From the NCBI GenBank assembly GCA_904063045.1, contig CAJFCJ010000098.1:18959-80255 (forward strand): 61,297 bases of DNA. Direction: 5' to 3'. The translations under genes and the position numbers were made by a program. Numbering within the stretch: the stretch's first letter is position 1; each line of letters begins with the position of its first letter. The notes beneath the pieces were generated by a model. It was not told the DNA's origin. It saw nothing but the letters and a program-made list of their open reading frames with translations, and searched no databases. Of this stretch, positions 36,565 through 49,350 are shown in pieces. The DNA comes from Dimorphilus gyrociliatus (lineage: Eukaryota; Animalia; Annelida).

Positions 36565-38714
36565 TCAAAATATATGTACAGTTGCAATCATTTTTTCTGA
36601 TATATCATGATATACTGAAATTTGAGAATCTGATTTCTTGCATTGATAAACAAGTTGATTTTTCAAATTCCATTCAGTATCTTGAATTATCAGTTTATTA
36701 CAAATAGTTATTTTAGAATCTTCTCCATTCTTCAAAGAATAAACTGCAACTTGTTCCTTACTGTCTAAACCTTCAATGAAAACATATAAGAATGAATTCA
36801 AGTTATAAGTTGTACCAAAGAGTGGATAAGTTAATTTTTCAAATTCTTGTAAACAACGCGGTCTAACTGCAATTTTATTTATTCATTTATACTGTTCTTA
36901 AATTGAAATTTCTATGTACAAACCTTTGTGAGTTGTTCTTGAAACTGCAATAAGATCTATTTCACTTAGTCCTATACTATCCTTCGACACCAGTGTAATA
37001 GAATTTGAGAATTGAAAGTTGAACTTTATACAAAATGTATGAGATTGTAAAAAGTCACCATATGCATATTTTATGATATCATATCCTTTTAGATAGTCAA
37101 AAACCTTTACTTGCATGTTCTGCTTGGCTGAATTGCCATTAAAAACTGAAACAATATTGAGAAAATAATTTTCATACAACGTTTAAAAATGAATGGATTA
37201 CACACTTGTCAAACAAACATAATTTAGATATATGAGTTCAGTTTGTAACACAATAACATTATTAAATGCTAAATTTATAATTCCAGTATTATCTGTAAGA
37301 TAGTACACGCCATCTTTGATCATGTTGAAATCATTGGTTGACATTTCTGCATTCTCCAATTTGCCGGAAGTAATAAATTCGTTCAAGTTATTACCATATT
37401 CTATATGTAAAAAAAAAGACAAAAAAAATCATCTAGAGAGTACAAACTTTGTTTTAAACAAAGGTTATGTACTCTGTGGTTCATATTGATCTATTGCAGA
37501 AGCATATAGATATATTTCTGTAAACTGCAAATATTTTAGTTCATTTGTTGAGTCATACCGAATGACAAGTAAATATCTTCCAACAATAGGAGGATTACAT
37601 CCAATATTGATATTTTCAAAAGGAACTCTAAATAATGCTGACAAATTGTCAATGCAAAATTTATGATGTGAATGAAAATCCGAATCTGGTACGTGATTCG
37701 CTGTAACATAAATATTCGCAAATCTCTGTAATTCATCTGGAAAAGAAGTCAAATTACCTAATGTCAAACAAAAAAATAATCTATTACTCACGATCCCTGA
37801 TTTGAGTGACAAAGATAATTCTATGAAATATTCTTGATTGGAGAGCATCAATTAGCATATATGGTTTTTTATATGGACCTATCTCAAAATGTCTTGAATG
37901 AAATGATGTAAGGAAATTATTATCATAACCATTTTCTATATTATAACCAAGGCCATTTCCTCCATTTCTTGTCTTCAAGCTCGCTATATTCAAACTATCA
38001 AATCCTTTGTTTGTAAAGAAAGGTATTATAATTATTAAAGTACACATAAAGTTGACCTTCACCTCTATTACTATTAATTAAAGATCCTGTAACATCTACG
38101 TCACACAATATCAACTTTTTATTGATTGCTGTTAATTTAATTGTAAGAAAAGAACCAATGGATTCTGAATCGCAAAAATAGCAATCGTATTGCGCAATAT
38201 CTGTAGCAGTTGGCTGTTTTACGGGTCCAGTGACATATTTGCAAAGAGTTTTATTATCATTAGGATAATCACCAACAAAAATGTTGAATTCCTTTAAATT
38301 TTCATCTGGCTCAATAAAATAGACTTGTATTTAAAATAGTCATTAATTATTTAACTTACAAAGTGCATTGTTTGTATTTAACAGACAGACTTTTGTAACA
38401 GAATAAATACTTTGAAGATCAACAGACCACCATGACACATCCTGAGGATCGGCTTCTGTACTCGAACAGTATTCATTCTGTACAAAAAATGGTACAAAGA
38501 TAATAGAGTTACATGTTGAAATCTACAATTTATTACTTACTGCGCCATATTCAATATTAATATTATCATCATTTGCAAAAAAAGGTGCTGAAGGCTTTTC
38601 GCTGCTAACAGTAGAACTTTGAAATGATAATTTTCCTCTTGCTAAATTTATACATTCTGTTCCAATAGGACAACAAACTGAAATCAATAAAAGTAATAAA
38701 GTTTTATAATACAA
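36565..38714 (-). CDS. Secreted multi-exon F-type lectin (two FTP/discoidin-like domains plus further modules); exon limits approximate
   Basis: Signal peptide MYYKTLLLLLISVCCPIGTEC, then NLARGKLSFQSST, EADPQDVSWWSVDLQSIYSVTKV, LKEFNIFVG..LCKYV..LILCDVDV. Second domain ends CNPPIVGRYLLVIR..LQFTEIYLYA. Confidence 0.75.
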
Positions 38715-39139
38715 CTCAATTTATAAAATATATTCTCACAAAGTAGAAGGAAAAAAGCAAAAGTTTTATAAATAACTTCAGCCATTCTTAAAAAGCGTAT
38801 AGTTCAACGTTTTTATTACTTTCCTTTATGAACATGTTCTATTTGATTTTGAAACATTCATTTCTCCTTAATTTGAAACAATGATTTCACGAATTATGAA
38901 TAAACTGTTTTGAAGAACAGTATATAACTTTATTCCTTTGTATTTGACAAAGACTTGCAAGATTCAGTAAGGTCAGAACTGAAAATTTTATATTTTTGAT
39001 CAATATTTAATTTAATATATATATTAATATAATGATGAAACCAGCCAACCATAATAATTAATAAATTAAAAAATAACAAGTATGCAGTAGGTGAAGTTTA
39101 ACCTTTTATCTCAGTTGGATCACCACCAGACTAATTATA

Positions 39140-39320
39140 TGCAGGTCCAGAAAAGCATTTAGGAATAGAGATCCTTTTTCATCTAAAAGTAACTATTGAT
39201 TTGTTGTTAAGGGGATTCCATCTTAGGATTAGGGGTAATCAAAAAGGCAAAGGAGACACAATGGTTGGGTTAGGATTTTTTTAAACTATACATTTCGGGA
39301 CGTTTTCTCTTGTATCTATA
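39140..39320 (-). mobile_element. Degenerate copy of the 207 bp MITE
   Basis: ctattgatttgttgttaaggggattccatct..gggtaatcaaaaagg..ggttgggttagg..cgggacgttttct matches the reverse complement of the MITE consensus. Confidence 0.6.
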
Positions 39321-39745
39321 GTTTTTTTGCACTGCTTTTGACTGCATTTTTGGAAGATAAGCAAAATAAAAATAAAATTTTTCTGAGTGTCTTACACATT
39401 GTTCAAGGCTAGAGAGACAATTTTTGCATATTATAAGATGCATGCAAGACAGTAATAAAACATTTGCTCTACTCCAACCAAATCAATAGTTTAGAGTATA
39501 TGCATTCATACGTGATAAATTGGAATTGAAGATTAAAATGTTGTTGATATTCTCTTCAATTGAAAATCATTGCTAAAATAATGTTTTTTGGCTTTTCTAA
39601 TATGATTGTTTGTTTGTTTATTTATAAATAATGTGAAAAAATGGACAACATCTACTTAATTTACAGATTTACACAGTGAAAAACAAACACTAAATCATAC
39701 TATTGAAAAATTTCGCATAAAGCTAATTTATCTTTATCCTCCTTT

Positions 39746-40587
39746 TCAATAATAATATGAATTGAAATTTGGCAAATTGTTAAGTAAAATATTTTTATCA
39801 GATTTAAAAGTAATATAAGAATTCTGTTCAAAAATTGTTTGTAATTTAAATGATTTGAAAATTTTGATATTCTTTGAATTTTTAAATGTTAAAAGTAGAT
39901 CCACTACAACATTTTTAATACTTTCATTATATTTTTTGAATACTAGTAATGGATTTATTGTTTCATTTTCAAATATACCATTTTCACTTGTTAGGTCAAG
40001 TACTGTATATAAATTTTGTATTTTTGAACAGGTATCATAAGACTTATCAATAGTTGAGTAGTATTCCCTCAAAGAACAGTGTCGTTTATGGAATGAAAAT
40101 ATTTTTAGTCCATTTAAAAAAGGAGAAAAACACTCAATCATAAATAATGACCCTGACATTGGGGCTTATTTGTTTAAATCAATAAATATTTAAGTATACC
40201 TATATCAGAAACTTGAAAATGATTGATGACATTCACCTCATAGTTATGCAATAAAATCTCCTTAAAGATATTTGATGTATTTAAATTAACAACAGCCAAA
40301 GTATTAAAGCCATATGCTCCACCAGATCCAAAAATAATTCTATCTGTTAAAATTTCCAACCAAAATTCACTCCATTTTTTACATTTTATTAATGAACTTT
40401 GTAAATTGAATTTTTCAATTTTCGCTGTTGGTTTATAGATTATAAATTTTAAATAATGTTGATTTTCTTCTATAACATTCATATGAATTGAAAATTGAGT
40501 TGAATTATCATCTTTAAAACCAATTATGAGTGATGAACAATTTTCAGTTTCATTCTGGCTGCCTTGTCCATAAACTTTAAATTTCAT
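39746..40587 (-). CDS. Coding exons including a farnesoic-acid-O-methyltransferase-like (Methyltransf_FA) domain at 40174-40587
   Basis: FKVYG..SLIIGF..SSLIKCKKWSEFWLEILTDRIIFGSGG resembles the FAMeT signature (LS.dEF..FWI....I.VG.GG). Recognised by eye only. Confidence 0.5.
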
Positions 40588-41589
40588 AGCCCTAAAATTG
40601 TTATGATATTTTGTTGGTATGTAATAGATAACTGAAGAGTTTTCTTGAATTGTATAAATTCGTTCAGTTCTTTCTTTTTGAATAGAAAAAAAAATGTCAG
40701 GAGTTATAAAATTTTTGATGAAATTGTACTTTGTTGTATTGTAATTGTAGGAATTTCTGCTTCTTCAGAACAGTATTCGTCCTTTCCAATCATTTATCAA
40801 TTTACCAAAGTACTGGTCCAATTAGAACCTTTCAAGTTTGTCCACAAATAGTCTTAACAAATGTAATTTCGATAGAAATAATTCAACAAAATACCAGTAT
40901 TTCGTCCAAAGAATATGTATTGAGTAAATGAGTTTCTAGTTCTAAACAAGTAAGTTTAAACAACCAGTTAACGGTTAAAGAACTGAACTGTCAACTGTTA
41001 ATTTCGTAGGGTTTATATACTCTTTTAAGGGTTGATAGTTGACAAATTTCAATGTTCACAAAAACAAAAGTAACATTTTAAGACAAAGAAAAGTTCTAAA
41101 TATGGTCATGTTTTTATTGTTTTCCTCTTCTAAATAATTGTTGAATTTCTCAGGTTGGAGAGTTGCATAAGATGTAACAATTTTAGTAGGACAAGTCCAA
41201 CAATCAAGAAAACATGTAGATTGTATATTTGACCATTTTTATATTCTACCTTAATAATGATATTCAATTGATTGAGTTAGTAAATTTAGCATCAGCATAT
41301 AAGGAGGAAATATATCTGATTAATGCATGTTAAAAAGAACAGTATTGTGTATACACAATACTGTTGAATAGTGAATATAATCTAAACTTAGAATTGAAGC
41401 ATAATTGATAATTAATTGAACTAGTTTTAGTTGGAAATCCTAAATGTATGGATTAATAAAGTGTAATATTAATGCTAGGTTGCAAATAGCAAATATTCTT
41501 TATATAATTCAATAGGTTTTATTGCTGCATAATGTGTATGCACTGCCCTATGCGAAACTAGGTCACTACTGCTTATCTTTATCAGTGCT

Positions 41590-42568
41590 ATCTGCATAGT
41601 ACAATACTGGTTCAATACTACTTCTCTATTGTAGAATATAGCTGACAAATGTATGTGTACAGAAATAGTAAATAATAGTTACTTTTGTTCCTAAAATATA
41701 GCTTTTAATTGTTAATTTAAGTCCACTTTCAATACTCATTGGTTTTGAATGGTGAAAATATTGGGTAAAATATGTGTCTTGCATATTTAGCAATTGAGTG
41801 TGATTAGATGACCATTTCATTTCCAGGTCCTTTATAAGAAATTCATTAAATCTGTAGACAAAAAAAGAGAGAGTGGGTAGAGTGGTGTGAATTTATAAAG
41901 TAATTCAAACTTGTTGGCCAAGGCCACAAAAACTGGCATGACTGCTCCAATAAAATTGACAGTTATATATTGATTTATACAATCTATACTATTAGGGCAA
42001 TTTGCATTCCAACTCTTAGTGAAATCCCAATCAAGTGCCTTCTCGCATTCCATTCCAGGAAGAGAAGATGAATGAGTTCATGTTGCTCCTGATTCAAGTT
42101 TAGCGGCATCTTCAAATTTTTCGTAATTATGTTCAGGCGCTTTTTCATCTATTTAATGAATAGCATTTAATTATTAATTGTTCATAATATAACAAAGTCT
42201 TAAGTTTAACCATGTGCAAATATATGAATTGCATTAAATCCAACATTTGTAGCCAGTGGTCCATACTCTTTTGGTTGAAATTTAATGGAAGAGGAATTGG
42301 AACCAAATGTTTCATCTAGTAAAGAGCAAGTTTCAATATCATTGAGCTTGAATACTTTCTCAGCACTGTTAATTGTAACAGTAATCTTTAATATTCTGTT
42401 CTTAATTTTTAAAATTGCCTGAAGTATACAAAATTCAATGACGTCATAAGATTTTTGATAAGTGATAGTAATCCATGCCGATGAACATAAAGGATTTGAA
42501 CATTTAGCAGCCCATTCCAAAATTTCGTCATAGAAATTTGACATTGTATATCTACAATGATAACTCAT
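41590..42568 (-). CDS. Discoidin/F5-8-type-C-like exons of a host gene; may be spliced to the 39.7-40.6 kb exons
   Basis: EWAAKC..SAWITITYQKSYDVIEFCILQ..SIKFQPKEY..VGFNAIHIF, and DFTKSWNANC..QYITVNF. Confidence 0.5.
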
Positions 42569-42729
42569 ATATTCATAATTTCCAGGATATACTCTTAAAA
42601 GACAATACAGGTAGCAACAATACTAAATACAACTTGTAAAGACTAGTATTATTGTGATAGTGAGCATGCTTTGCAAGAATTAGCAATTGAAGTCTGATTG
42701 AAATAGCAAGATGTCACAGACAACAATAA

Positions 42730-43980
42730 AGCTTTTGCTAAAGAACACTTACTATTACGAACTATCAGGCATATCATGCTTATGGTTGGGTTGCTAAAGA
42801 TGTTGTGAAAGCAAATCTTTTAGATTATTTAACTGGTCCTGCCAGGGATTTGGTGTTGACACTTGATGGAGAGCCTACTGTAGAGGAAATATGGAAAGCC
42901 CTCCATGACAAATTCAATCTTGATCCTATGGAGTATCAAGAGAAACTGTTTAATTTAAAGCATATGAATGGCAAAAGTGTGGTTCAGTTTGTTAACAGAC
43001 CAAAAGAAATTGATAAAGAGGTTTTCTCCACCTAGACAAATGAACTCACAATTGCTTGCAACAATGAAAGAAATGAAACTGATGGAAGTTTTACAAAGAG
43101 GATTACAAGAGGATATTCTACATTTAGTGTACACCTCACATCCTAGAGGTCAAACATTGGCAGAACTATATGCTGCTGCTAGGAAAGTAGAAACCTTGCT
43201 AAAACTAACTCAGAGAAAACCAATCGCAATGGTGTTCAAATTGGAAGCTCAAAAGAGAAAAGAGCCCAAAAAGACCCAGGTGATCAGAAAAAATGCTTCT
43301 ACAGAAACCCCAAATTTTTGGAATAGAAAGCATGTACCTGACTACAAAAACACCACTAAAGAAAAGTGGTCAAACCATAAAGTTCAAAAGTATGCACCAT
43401 CTCCAACAAACAGGTATTATAAGAAAAATCAACAAGGAAAGTTGATCCTGAAAGAGGAACCTAAGCTACAAAAATTGGACACATTAGACAATGACAGCAT
43501 GTCAGAAAATGCCGAAGTTCAAGATATTCTCTGTTTTTCAGATAGTGAAGAATCCATCTGTCAGCTGTGTCAAAGTAAACAATCTGAGCAAAATGCTTCA
43601 GCATTTGTTGGACAATTTGAAACTAACACTGGTTTTAAGTTTGATGCCTGGATAGACTCTGATAGTGACAGATCTTTTATTTCAAAAAAGGTATTAAGAT
43701 AACTCAAGGAAAAGTATCCTTCCCAGAACAAACTGTGAAAAATGCTAGAGATGCTTCAGGTAATAGAATAGAAATGTGAAAAGAAATCATTCACAGACTT
43801 TATTTCAATGGGAAAATTATTAAACAACGCTTTCTGATCAACAAAATCATTACAAAACAATGTATTAGTGGGTGTGACTTTCTACAACAAAATGGAGCTA
43901 TCCTTGACTTCTGCAAGTCACATAATACTAAAATTGTTTTTATTCTCAAAAGTTGGTCATGATCTCCCAAAGCCATTTTC
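42730..43980 (+). mobile_element. Ty3/Gypsy-like LTR retrotransposon relic: gag plus aspartic protease, with stops and frameshifts; no LTR recognised
   Basis: LTGPARD..IWKALHDKF..GKSVVQFVNR, LQRGLQEDI..TLAELYAAARKVE, WIDSDSDRSFIS (degenerate DSG), SGCDFLQQNGAILDF. Confidence 0.75.
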
Positions 43981-45647
43981 TCCAAATCCCAATATGAAGG
44001 GGTGAATAATGTAAATCTAAAATGTTTTTACATGCATCCTTTGAATGTTCTTTGTTCCACTGTGGCTACTTCTGCATCTTGTTTACTGCTTTTTTTTCAC
44101 CTTTATTAAGTTTGTTCAAGATCTCATTTACACTTCTTTGGTCTTTGTCCACTATTCTATTGGGTTTTGCTTTGACTTGTTCAAGTATTTTCATTGGGAA
44201 AACTTATTTCTGCTTTCGTTGAATCAATTTCTGCTAGGTTTTGAAAAGAATTTTTCACTGAATTCTTTTCTTGGCTCCTTCAGCGTTTTATCGAGGTCAG
44301 ATCCAGTTTATAATTTCTGTTTGATTTGAAGGATTTTCAGCACCTTTGAAAAATGATTTGGATGACCTAGTAGAGAAGAAAGTGAATAATTTAAAGGAAG
44401 AAAATCTGTTGAATGAAATTCTAGAAGAAAGAGTATGTTTCAAAAAGCAAATATGATTTCTTATACTAATTTCTATTGTTATTTTTAGAGATATACTTAT
44501 CCCAAGTTCACTGAATGCAAAACCTGCAAACATTACGTTATGGATTACTGTCCAGGCATAAAAGATGACTGTTATGAAGGTTATGGTGTCACTATAATGT
44601 GCACTAAATTGAAACTTCAACAACGCCTTTAATGATTTTTAACATTGGTTTCTTTCACATAGAACTCTAGAATCAAATGCACAAAGTGCAATGAGAGATA
44701 TTATGTAAAGGATGGTTCCTGTTTGCCTTGTCCAGAGAATTGTGCTCTTTGTAATGAACAGAATGGTATTCTACTTTGTCATGTCTGTGCTCCAGAATAC
44801 TCTATATGTGATACAATAATGTGTGCCCCTTGCCCAAGTTATTGTCTAAAATGCCATTGACCAAATGGAAAGTTGATTTGTTTACCAGATTTATGTGAAG
44901 CTGGCTCTGCACTGAACACAGAAAACCTTTGTACTAAATGTCCTACCAATTGTCTATCTTGAACATATAATGAACAAAATTCAAGAACAGAATGCCATGG
45001 CAACAGTACTCATCATTCTTGTATTGAAGATGAAAATCAAGGATATTGGACAAAAAAATTTGATGGAACTTGTTCAGGTTATATACAAAATATTTGTGAA
45101 AGTAATCAAAATTCAAAATTTATTCATTTTTTAAATAGAGTGTCCATCCAAATGCTTGAAATGCTATTTTAAAGATCAGACTGCTGTGTCTCCAATATGC
45201 TATCCTTCAAAATGTCAATTGAAATATGGTTTTGATGATGTCAGTGGCACATGTTTCCAATGTCCAGATGGTTGTGATATTTGCAAAAAGAGATCTGGTT
45301 TATTGTACTGTCTGCAATGTAGTAAAGGGTTTGGACCAAAACTGACACTAGATGGCAATATTGATAAATGTATAGCTTGCAATCTTATAGAGAATTGTGA
45401 GCACTGTGAAGTGGTTAATAACATAGTTAATTGTTTAGGATCTCAATGCATAAATAATAGAAAATTTGCTTTCCCAAAAAGAGATTGTTCAGAGATTATT
45501 CCACCTTCAACAATATCTATTTCAACTCATTTCTCCACATTGAAACCTGGTTTTATTTCGCATGTTTCTACTAAATATACAACTCCAAAAGGGTGTCCTT
45601 TTTCAAATATCCCTAATTGCAGATCTGACAGCTTAATAGGTGTAGCT

Positions 45648-45854
45648 GGTTACGACAGAAAATGTCCCCAAATGCATGATTTAACCCTAACCCTAACCTA
45701 GCCCTTGTCACTCCGTAACCTTTTTGATTACCCCTGACCCTTAGAAGGAACCCCCCTAACTACAAATCAATGGCTACTTCACTCACCCTAACCATTTTTC
45801 AATCCAAAATGTTGCTTTCAAAAATCTCACTTGGGGATGTTTTCTGTTGGCCCC
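45648..45854 (+). mobile_element. 207 bp MITE inserted in a coding exon, TSD (g/a)gtgtagct
   Basis: TSD at 45639-45647 and 45855-45863. Removing it restores LIGVADLCSCTKC. Confidence 0.88.
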
Positions 45855-46586
45855 AGTGTAGCTGACCTTTGCAGTTGCACAAAATGTCTTGATAATTATA
45901 TTTTGTCAGAAGATAAGAGTCAATGTCTACATTGTTCAACTTTGACTTCTCAATGTGAAGTTTGCACAATGCTTAGTTCATCACCAATTACAATTCAATG
46001 TTTAGAGTGTCAAATTGGGTATTATTTAACTTCAACTGGAAATGGACCTTGTGCCAAATGCCTAGAAAATTGTCTGAAATGCTCAGTCAATTTAGAAAAT
46101 CCAGCAACTACCAAATGTACCCAATGCTCTCATAGTTATGCAAAAATTCAAATAGAAAATGTACTAAATGCCCAATGTATCCAATCAAATGTTCTGAATG
46201 TAGAATTGATCCAAATGATGATGAAAATACAATATGTTTACAATTTGGTTGTTCAAATGGTGGATCATTCAATGATCTAGATTTCACTTGTCAACAATGC
46301 TCAATTAAAAATTGCCAACTTTGCATCAGAGATGCTTTACTTAATGATAAATGCCTAATTTGCAATGAATCATTTTTTATAGCAGAAGATGGAAGTTGTA
46401 AAAAATGCACTGCTAATTGTAAAAAGTGCTTAGATGAGTTTACATGTTTGGGAGATGGTTGTAAAATAGGTTTTATTAAGGATAAGCATAGTGGAGAATG
46501 TATTACCTGTACAGGAAATCATGTTTTGTATTGCGAATATGAAAGTTTAAATTCAAACAATTTGATACCAAGAATATGTGAAAAAG

Positions 46587-49234
46587 GGGGTCGGGTCAGA
46601 ACGCCCCAGGTCAGTACGCCCCAGGTCAGAACGCCCCAATTTTGGGTCAGAACGCCCCATTCTTGATTTTGAACGCCCCACTCATGAGTCAGAACGCCCC
46701 ACTCTCTTTAGAGAATTATAGAAAACAATGCTGAGAGAAAAATATTCTTAAATACCAGTTATTATAAATATTTTTACCAGTTTTTTTTTTATCAGTTTAT
46801 TCTCAGAAATTGTGTTGCTTAAATATAATTCATCTTAGAATAATTAATTTTTTTGCTGTTAATGTCTCACTGAAAAAAGGAGGATGAATTTAAAAACTTG
46901 TTGGAAATGTATGAAGAAGTTTCATTGGACTCAAAAGAAGTTTAGATGCAAATTATGTAGGCACTTTTACCATGCTAAATGTTCAAATAGTAAGATTTTA
47001 TTCTTTAATATTTCTTTTCTATTTAACCATTTCCTCAGATGCAGATTATTGTATAGACTGTTTTAATATAAAAAACAAAAAGCTAATTGTTAAAATAAAA
47101 AAGCTGGAAAACAAAAAATCACCAACATGTTCAAAAGTATTTGGAAATGAAACTGTTAGTGAAAGTTCAAGTTTCGAACAGGTACAAAATATTTAACAAA
47201 TATCTGTTAAAAAAACTATTTAATGTTTTACTATAGCTGAGGTTATCTTTTGACTTTGAATCTAATTTCCCTGATGTTTCAAGTACTCCAGGGAATAATG
47301 GAATGGAGAGTTGTGATAAAGATATTGATATTGATAATGATGGAATTTCAAGAGAAGATCAACATCAACCTGCTAAAATTGTTACAGAAAATAGTCCAGT
47401 TGTAAGAAGAATTGATATAAATAATGAATCTTCTTTTAATGATACAAGAGAGCTTTGTCTAAATGATAATTTAAAACATGATTTTGAAATATTTAAGAAT
47501 GGGAGCAGAAAAGGAAAAGATATTCTTCTTCACAATAATTTTACTTATACTGTAAAAAGATCAAGTGAAACAACCATTACCTGGAAATGTAGTCAAAGAA
47601 CTAAAAAATCACCATGTCTTGCATCTGTAATTCAAAAAGATTTAAAGTTCATTTTGAAAAATTCTAATCACATTCACAAAAGAGAGAAAAATGATATGAG
47701 AAAAATTATTGAAGCAAGGTTAAATTTAAAGGAAGCTGCAATTATTGATAAAGACAAATCTGGTAAAAGAATTGCAGAAGATATCAGTCTGAAGTTCCAA
47801 GCATTGATGTCATGAAAAGATCTGCTAATAGATACAGAGAAGGTGCCAGACCAAAGCACCCAGAAAACATTATGTTTGAATTAAATTTAAATGAAATTCC
47901 AGATAATTTTTTCTTAAAAGATATAAAAGGGAAGAAAAGCCGAAACATGATGTTTGCAACTGACCATCAAATTAAATTATTGAAACATTGTAAGATATGG
48001 TTTATTGATGCCACATTTAAAATTGTGAGAAAACCTTTTTACCAATTGTTTACAATTCATGGATTTATAAGAAAAGAAGGTGAATATAAACAAGTTCCTT
48101 TAATGTTTGTCCTCATGACAGGAAAGAAGAAGAAACATTATTCATTGATATTTGAGGTTGGCTTTCTAAAGTAAATATTTGAGTAAAAATTCTAAAGATA
48201 TATTTTGCTTTACAAGGAGTTAAAAATCTTAATAGATGGAAAAAGCCCAAAAAAGTTTGTTCTTGATTTTGAAAAAGCTCTTTGGATATCTTTAAAAAAT
48301 GCTTTTGTTGATTCTGATCTACAAGGATGTGCTTTTCATTTTAAACAAGCAATTCTTAAAAACATACAGGTAAATTAAAGTAATTATAACAATTCTGTTA
48401 CAGATTTAATTTGTGAAATTAAGAAATTAACAAATACAAATTTTCTTTTTAGAAATTAGGATACATCAAGGACTATAAAATGAAAGGTTATAAAGGAAAT
48501 GTGTTAAGAAAACTAATGTGTCTAGCATACTTACCAGCATCATTCATCAAACAAAAGTTTTATCAAATTAAAGAGGAACTTTTGGAACTGAATTTATATG
48601 CTGATCTTCTTGAGTATATGCAATCTACTTACATTGAAAGCAATATTTGGAAACCAGAAAATTGGTCAGTTTATAAATTAATAGTTCGTACAAATAATAA
48701 TGTAGAGTCTTGGCACACAAGAATCAATCAAAATTTGAAAAGCAATGAAAACTTTTATACTCTTATCACTGAACTTCATAGAGAAAGCAGCCTTATTGAA
48801 GTTTATGAGGATATGTTGGTGGAAAATAAAATGAGACAGAATCAGAAGAATAAATATAAAGATTTGCAGGATATTATCTTTGAGTTGTGGAAGAAGTTTG
48901 AAGTAAGAGAATTAAGTTTAGATAATCTCTTAAAGGGTTTAATTGACTTGAACATTGCTTGAAAAATTATTTCTTTTTTTGTGATCACTTATTATATTTG
49001 TTTAAGCTTTTGTACTTTAAGACAAAAAATACATTATGCATATATATTTTTATATTCAATTGACTTTTTTTAATTTAATAAGTACAGCATTAAAAAATAT
49101 TATGTTCTTCAAAAATCAGTGGGGCGTTCTGACTCATGAGTGGGGCGTTCGAAATCAAGAATGGGGCGTTCTGACCCAAAATTGGGGCGTTCTGACCTGG
49201 GGCGTACTGACCAGGGGCGTTCTGACCCTAAGCC
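46587..49234 (+). mobile_element. Full-length MULE family 3 element (2,648 bp) with ~115 bp TIRs and a perfect 9 bp TSD gtgaaaaag
   Basis: TSD at 46578-46586 and 49235-49243. TIRs are built of gtcagaacgcccc / ggggcgttctgac units. Confidence 0.95.
46884..48962 (+). pseudogene. PHD-FLYWCH-MULE transposase (exons 46884-46989, 47039-47181, 47237-48156, 48217-48369, 48453-48962); one frameshift near 47795
   Basis: PHD CWKC..CKLC..HAKC..CIDC, FLYWCH, FIDATF, LDFEKA, GCAFHF, RTNNNVESWH. The frame breaks between LKF and PSIDVMKR. Confidence 0.88.
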
Positions 49235-49350
49235 GTGAAAAAGAATATGTACTTTATGTAGCTGCAATTCCAAATGAATGTAGAGGTAGTGTATATTGAG
49301 GATAAACTAAAGAATTAGACATATAATCAGTTTATTGTACTTTGTTTTAG

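Noticed and set aside
44858-44962. In-frame TGA codons in the Cys-rich gene, one at a Cys position, read as selenocysteine
   Set aside because: No SECIS was recognised, and the same gene has insertions and a frameshift. Simple nonsense mutation is more parsimonious.
46587-46702. Short direct repeats with variable spacers (gtcagaacgcccc) resembling a CRISPR array
   Set aside because: The repeats are only ~13 bp with spacers of 2-10 bp, are mirrored at 49120-49234 as a TIR with a 9 bp TSD, and no cas genes are present.
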